In this document: positions 58,524 to 64,000 of the stretch, in pieces | How positions within the stretch are numbered: the first letter of the stretch is position 1 | Layout of the letters: every line of letters starts with the position of its first letter | Source: Schizochytrium sp. TIO01 | Taxonomy: Eukaryota > Protista > Bigyra: Labyrinthulomycetes | NCBI GenBank assembly: GCA_004764695.1 | Contig: SMSO01000031.1 | Span: 4,192,436-4,256,435, forward strand | Length of the DNA stretch: 64,000 bases | Direction: 5' to 3' | The notes under the pieces: generated by a model | What the model was told of the DNA's origin: nothing | The model's database searches: none | The model's input: only the letters and a program-made list of their open reading frames with translations | Made by a program: the position numbers and the translations under genes

Positions 58524-60325
58524 ATGGTGATCTGCTGCTCGAAAAACACTTTCGTGGCCTCTGCTGCCATTTGGCTGCTGTTCTCCATTGCATGCCTGGC
58601 CTTCTCTCTGTGGGCTTGGTTTGGCGGCGACGGTCTGTACCGTGTACCCAGCAATAATGCCTACATCGGCATTGTGTGTGTCTTCGGTCTCTTCGTGCTG
58701 ATTTCATTCTCTGGAGTCCTCTCGCGCATCATCCATGGTGAAGGTCTCTTGGTTTTCTACATCATCATGTCTTTTCTCATTTCCCTGGCAACCATCCTCG
58801 GAGGCTGCTTCGTGCTCCTGTACATGAACGACATCAGCACGTTTGAGAACCTCGATTCAACTGCGTCTAGTGCAGCGTCTAGTGCCGAGGCTGAGTTCTT
58901 CAAGTGGGCCACAAGCAACCCTGAATCGTGGTTCAACCTCCAGAATACATACTCTTGCTGTGGCTACGACTTTGCCGAGCTTTACGAGAACTCGACCGAC
59001 CTTGACACCGGCAACTCGTGTAACGCAACCCTGGATATTGAGCTCTCCGAGGCATGCGCGTCTTACACTGAAGACTGTGAGGATACTGCTCTTGAGACCT
59101 ACAATGTTGCGGAGGACTACTTTTGTGTTGATGCAATCCGAATCTTCTTTCAGGAGCGCACTCCGTACTTTGCTGTAGGTGTGGCACTTCTAGCTTTGCT
59201 CATGATCATCTCTTGGGTTGCTGCTCTTCGCATGTACTGGGTACCTTACGAGGAAGGTGGCTTCTGGGACGGCAGTGACGATGAAGGGTTGCCTACTTCA
59301 AAGACTGGTGACGATTCTGATTTACCCACGCCCACTGCCAACCCCGTCGGACCTCTTGGTACCGCCCGTAAATCTCCTTTTGATGATGACTATGAGCACG
59401 GAGATGGTGGCTTTGGTCGCGCCCCTCCTCCTACAAGTGGATTTGGTCAAACTGTTCGCAATTTTGGTAACCGTGTTTCTGCCAGAATGCCTGCTGCGTT
59501 TGGAGGTGCTGCTCCTGGAGGTGCAGGAAATGCCCAAGTTGGTGCATTCACTGGTGGTGCTGCTTCTGGACCTCTTGGTGGAGGCGCCCCGCCTCCTGGA
59601 CCCCCTCCTGGCATGGGTGGATTCCGCGGTGCCATCAATCGTGTATCGATGCGAATGGGCTTTGGCAGACCTCCTGCAGGCCCCCTCCTGGCTTTGGAGG
59701 CGGCGCATCACCAGCCTCAACGGCTCCTGCATCTCCTCTCGGCGGCTCCGGGCCTTCTTCAGGCTTTGGTGGAAGCTCTGCGGCTCCCTCTAGACCTTTT
59801 GGCGGTGGCATGGAGCTTCCGCAGCCCAACAGTGGCCTCGGAGGCGGCGCTGCTCCACCACCTCCTCCCAGTGGAGGTGGATTTGGTGCCAAGATGAAGG
59901 GCTTCGGAAACCGCGTGTCTGTGAAAATTGGGGCTGCATTTGGAGGCGGAAGACCTCCTATGGGACCTCCTCCCGGAGCTGGCTTTGGCGGTGGGTCTTC
60001 AGCACCTACTGGCGGATTCGGGGGTGGAGCGCCGAGACCCTCTGGCGGATTCGGAGGTGGTGCTCCCAGACCTTCTGGCGGATTCGGAGGTGGTGCACCA
60101 AGACCTTCAGGCGGATTCGGAGGTGGTGCTCCCAGACCTGCAGCACCAGCGCCTGCTCCCTCGAGAGGCGCAGGAGGCGGTGGTGGTGCACCAAGTCCAG
60201 CACCACGTGCCGCACGGCCACCTATGGGTGGTGGTGGCGGCCGTGGAGGCCTGTTGGCTCAGATCCAGCAGGGCAAAAGACTCAACCATGCTCAGACCGA
60301 CGACCGTTCTGGCCCGCAGGTCTAA
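58524..60325 (+). CDS. Tetraspanin with long Pro/Gly-rich tail and C-terminal WH2 motif, about 600 aa, with one -1 frameshift at the C5 run 59681-59685
   Basis: Four transmembrane helices and LQNTYSCCGYD (CCG) with further Cys in the large loop. Adding one C yields continuous AGPPPGFGGG... into ORF 59810-60325, ending GRGGLLAQIQQGKRLNHAQTDDRSGPQV. Confidence 0.85.
60011..60142 (+). repeat. 33-bp coding repeat x4 (GGFGGGAPRPS)
   Basis: The four units differ almost only at third codon positions of the downstream frame. Confidence 0.9.
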
Positions 60326-61501
60326 AAATGCTTGCCGCACATGTATGGCATTGCATCCTTGCTTCCGTTTACTTACTTACTTTGATTGAACCTTTTTTAG
60401 CTCGAATTCTCAACAAAATGTTTGTGTGTTGTTTTTTATTACTCCATCATTGTCTCCCATTCTTCATAGTTTTTTACATACAAAAAAAAAGGAAAGAACG
60501 AAAGCATGCCCGCTTCAAAAATTAATGGCTCGGTACTGATGACACATGGCAACTCTTGCCCATTTTTATTTTTGTGGCGTGAGTAAGGTAGAGGTTTCAG
60601 CCTGAAAGTCATATTTTCTACATAACAAAGCTCAAGTTGTTATGATTTCGACATTGTTGAATAGAAGAAGGAGTTTCTTCGTATGCAACGCAACATTTTG
60701 TAGACTTGGGATAGTTTCTTTAGTAAAGAAAGTGCCCCTTTTCAACGCCACGGAGTTCTCTTAATTCTTGATGAACGAGTCTGGAGACTCTGACGATCCT
60801 TGCTAAATCTTGTAAGAGAGGAAGAATAAGAGGAAAGAAGATTCATTCCATCAAAGTATCCCCATGCGCATGCACAAGAACAATGCAGACATTATTTGAC
60901 ATCGTTAATTCTATGCCTTCTATCAATGTTCATTCACCAACGTTTAGTTTAACGTCTTGCATCGAATTGCCTTTTTTGTTTGTGTCATCCATTCAAACTA
61001 TAAAGGCAAACGAACAAAGTACCAAAAAAGGTACTCTAGTACGACTCGTAATAAGTATAATGTGCCGTTATTACCTTATTTTCGTTTTATATATAATACC
61101 ATATGTGAAATATTTTATGTCTTGTATATACCATTCTAACACAATGCGAACGGATCGATTTTTAGGAGTCATGACAAGTTCTTTGCTGACAACAGGGCGA
61201 ATAGAAGAGAGAAGAACGCCACGCTATCGCCTTTGCGCTTGGTACGTCTTCAAGGGAATGAACAACAAGTCTTTTTTGGTAAATTTTTGTTAATGCTTTC
61301 AGACCCGCGCGAGCTCTCTCGCTGTTCCAAAAAACAAACAAACAGACAAACAAAACAAGCTGCTATTTTCATATACGACTGCACTCGAAGGAAGAATTTA
61401 TTTGACTGGAGCGAGCTTCAGGAGGTCGGTGTTAAGCTGCACTAGCTTACAGGGTCAGAGGCAGACATACTCCAAGCAATATTGAAGCTGCGAAAGGCTC
61501 G

Positions 61502-62641
61502 ATGGAACCGCCAGAGACAATGGCGCAGTCTGCGACCATGGGCATGACTTCCGACTTCTCTGCATCGATGAATTCTAGACGAAGGCGACCACGTCAGAAT
61601 AACAGAAAGACATTGCCAATGACTTTACATCCAACAACTGTTAGGAAAAGCTCTCAGGTAGAAAGCATTCTCCTAACAGCGCCGAATCTCGGCTCCCCTC
61701 CTCGCCGGGTGCAGTCTGCACAGAGTTCTAGGAGGCCTCGTATTCAAGACAACACCCAGCAGCAAACGACACAGACACAACAACGGCCAGGATCAAGAGG
61801 CTCAATCTCAGACGTGCCTACTATAGCAAGTCGGCTTAAACAGCGCGATACTATGATGTCGACAAGACCAGTCAGCAAGTTCTGCTCTCTTTTGGTCAAT
61901 GATGAGGTTGAACTTATGGAAGCCATAAGTTGTCAACGAAGTAATAACGAACGTAGCACGAAGACTGCTATCGAAAAAAGCCTCTCTTACTTACAGAAGG
62001 TTCTTCTTGAACTGCCTATTGACTCTCGAACTCATACTGCGAGTGGCGAGGCACTTGCAGTACTCAGGAGAGCGCTTTTCGACGATACCGATACACCGAC
62101 TTGCTTCGCAGCGAAATATGCAAAACAGCGCACTGTTGATCAACATGCGGAGATTGGTGACCTTGCAGCAAGGAATCATTCTTTACTAACAGACATGGAG
62201 ACCCTTCAGGACCAAAACACAAAGTTGCAATCGGAGTTAGAAGCCTCACGTGCCGCCTGTACCGAGGGCGAACAAAGAGAAGAAAAGTTACATCAGTACG
62301 TACATCGCTTACGCCAGGATCTCATGAGCTCGTTTGATGATCTTAAACACATGGAAGCGAATAAAGATAACGCGGTTTCAATGGTGAAACATCGCACGTT
62401 AGAGCTCGCGACAGCAGAGCAGCACCTTGAAAACGCATTGAAGACTGCACAAGTGCTGAGGCACAACCTTGAAACAGCTCAAGGGCAGATTGATGATCAG
62501 ATGAGTCACATAAACGAACTTCGATGCGAAGCTATAAACTTGTGGGCTCATATTGAAAACCCTGAAATGTGTGAGCGTCCACGACGGAAAAGTAAGCTTC
62601 TCCGTCATAGCTTTGCCAACGCTGAAAGCCCACCACCATAA
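61502..62641 (+). CDS. Hypothetical coiled-coil protein with basic disordered N-terminus
   Basis: 379-aa ATG-started ORF with a heptad-rich C-terminal half; no family recognised. Confidence 0.7.
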   Translation: MEPPETMAQSATMGMTSDFSASMNSRRRRPRQNNRKTLPMTLHPTTVRKSSQVESILLTAPNLGSPPRRVQSAQSSRRPRIQDNTQQQTTQTQQRPGSRGSISDVPTIASRLKQRDTMMSTRPVSKFCSLLVNDEVELMEAISCQRSNNERSTKTAIEKSLSYLQKVLLELPIDSRTHTASGEALAVLRRALFDDTDTPTCFAAKYAKQRTVDQHAEIGDLAARNHSLLTDMETLQDQNTKLQSELEASRAACTEGEQREEKLHQYVHRLRQDLMSSFDDLKHMEANKDNAVSMVKHRTLELATAEQHLENALKTAQVLRHNLETAQGQIDDQMSHINELRCEAINLWAHIENPEMCERPRRKSKLLRHSFANAESPPP

Positions 62642-63626
62642 AATTTGTATTATGTAGCGGCGCTTGCATTTAAAGCTTTGTACATTAATTCTTCACCTAA
62701 GCTGTGCCAGGAGCTGCTTGAATGGGCACGATACCCACAACCACTCAAACATTGTAGAAATTTGACATTACACATGAAGAAGGAGAAGGAGAACTAAGAA
62801 AATCGAAGTATGCCCTGGCGCTTAGGGTCCAGTGTTTTTTTTTTAAAGTTAAGGTATACTCTTGATTTAATGTTTTATCTTTTAATCTGTGATGGATTCG
62901 TGATTCACGAAAAACACTAATATGGCTGAGAAAGAAAAAGACTAGTGCACCGGCAGTGAAAAACAGAGTAGGCCAAGGTGTTGTATTGGCTATGGAGAAA
63001 ACTAGATGCATCAGGAGCTTACTTACATTGGAGTGTGAACCCAAAGCTAGCTCCGTACATAATGTGCGTTGCTGTGTAGAGTATAGAATCAAAAGTGGAA
63101 TATATGTGATTCAAAACGTCGTATTTATTATTGCCTGCTTTTACAGAGGTTAGTTCTATATCCTGCAACTTTTAAAAGAAAGGAAAAGTCCTCACGAGTC
63201 CATTGGCTTCCCCTCTATTACAACACAATCCGCTAGCGAAGGCCCCCCATGACTAGAGGCAAGCTGCGCTGAAGAGGCTGACCAGATTATTGAAAGACCG
63301 GTTGTGATAATAATAGCAGTAATAGCAGCGGTTCGAGCATTTTGCGGATACGTGAGGTGAGTTTTACCAAGTCCACCCAGCCTTAATCTGAATAAAAGAG
63401 AGATTAGCGGTCATTCATATTTAATTTGATTTTGTCTTTGTTTTTTCCCTTAAAAGAAGCGCATTTGTACTTAATGCCGACGAGCTGCGATAGTCAGAGG
63501 CAGCCAAAAGTAAACGTGAGTTTAGGATTTACCAGTTGCAGGATGTGTATTTCATATGTGTGTAAGGTTCGCGATGCAAGCATGCAAATAAAGAATAAAA
63601 GAAAGCAATCATCAGCATCGTCTACT

Positions 63627-64000
63627 CTAAAGGTTGTATTTTTGGTACAATGCAGCGTATTTATCACGGATGGCATGCTCATCGTCGTCCTCACCTTCTT
63701 CTCCGCCGTAGATGTTGTTCCCCGTGTTGAGCGAGTTGTCCAAGTTGGAGTCGCGATCACCATCGCCATAGACGCCCTCAAGAGCGCCATACTCCATGTC
63801 GCGCCTCGATGAGCCACCCAGCGGCTTGCTCGGTTCGTAATCAAAATCTCTCCGAGAGCGAATACCGTAGACACGAATCGTTACGAGCAAGTTCAAGCCT
63901 AATACCACACCAAGTATTAAGAAAAATAACGCTACAATGCGAACTTGCTTTTCCACGTGCGGGATCTCCTGCACTTGGGGGTTTGCAGATTCTGCGATAC
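63627..64000 (-). CDS. 3' end of a membrane protein, possibly tetraspanin/TOM2A-like (runs off the window)
   Basis: The frame is open to the window edge; a final transmembrane helix, an acidic tail and terminal IRDKYAALYQKYNL resemble the REKY tail of TOM2A-like tetraspanins. Confidence 0.5.
   Translation of the reverse strand, partial: IAESANPQVQEIPHVEKQVRIVALFFLILGVVLGLNLLVTIRVYGIRSRRDFDYEPSKPLGGSSRRDMEYGALEGVYGDGDRDSNLDNSLNTGNNIYGGEEGEDDDEHAIRDKYAALYQKYNL

Noticed and set aside
59686-59897. Frame-0 tail LLALEAAHHQ...DLVPR of the 457-aa ORF, and programmed -1 frameshifting at this site
   Set aside because: Composition changes abruptly while the other frame continues the Pro/Gly repeats with synonymous variation. 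A missing C in a homopolymer explains it, and I saw no canonical slippery heptamer.

Overview
Eukaryotic nuclear DNA that is intron-poor, with GT-AG introns seen in only two genes and microsatellite-rich spacers. Gene content and style suggest a flagellate-stage stramenopile such as a thraustochytrid (inference, not shown directly). About 16 protein genes are supported: a giant RPGRIP1L/fantom-like gene with a large EF-hand array, a CRAL-TRIO (Sec14) protein, an orphan 229-aa protein, eIF4A (3 exons), BET1 SNARE, a CFAP96-like ciliary protein, an APC polyamine/amino-acid transporter, a SIM plus Cys-rich zinc-finger protein, a Tweety-like membrane protein, a GT32 glycosyltransferase, a RING-H2 E3 ligase, a ZZ-SAP-bromodomain protein, an acylation-motif tandem NmrA protein, a tetraspanin fused to a Pro/Gly tail and WH2 motif, a coiled-coil protein and a truncated second tetraspanin-like gene. 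There is also a decayed RBR-ligase-like pseudogene. Three genes are split by four single-base frameshifts (three +1, one -1). These are most simply assembly indels, although one sits exactly on a UCC_UUU_CGN +1 slippery motif. The best candidate for an undescribed system is the tetraspanin-polyproline-WH2 fusion, a possible membrane-anchored actin regulator preceded by a CACGTG cluster. I recognised no rRNA, tRNA, CRISPR array or intact mobile element.
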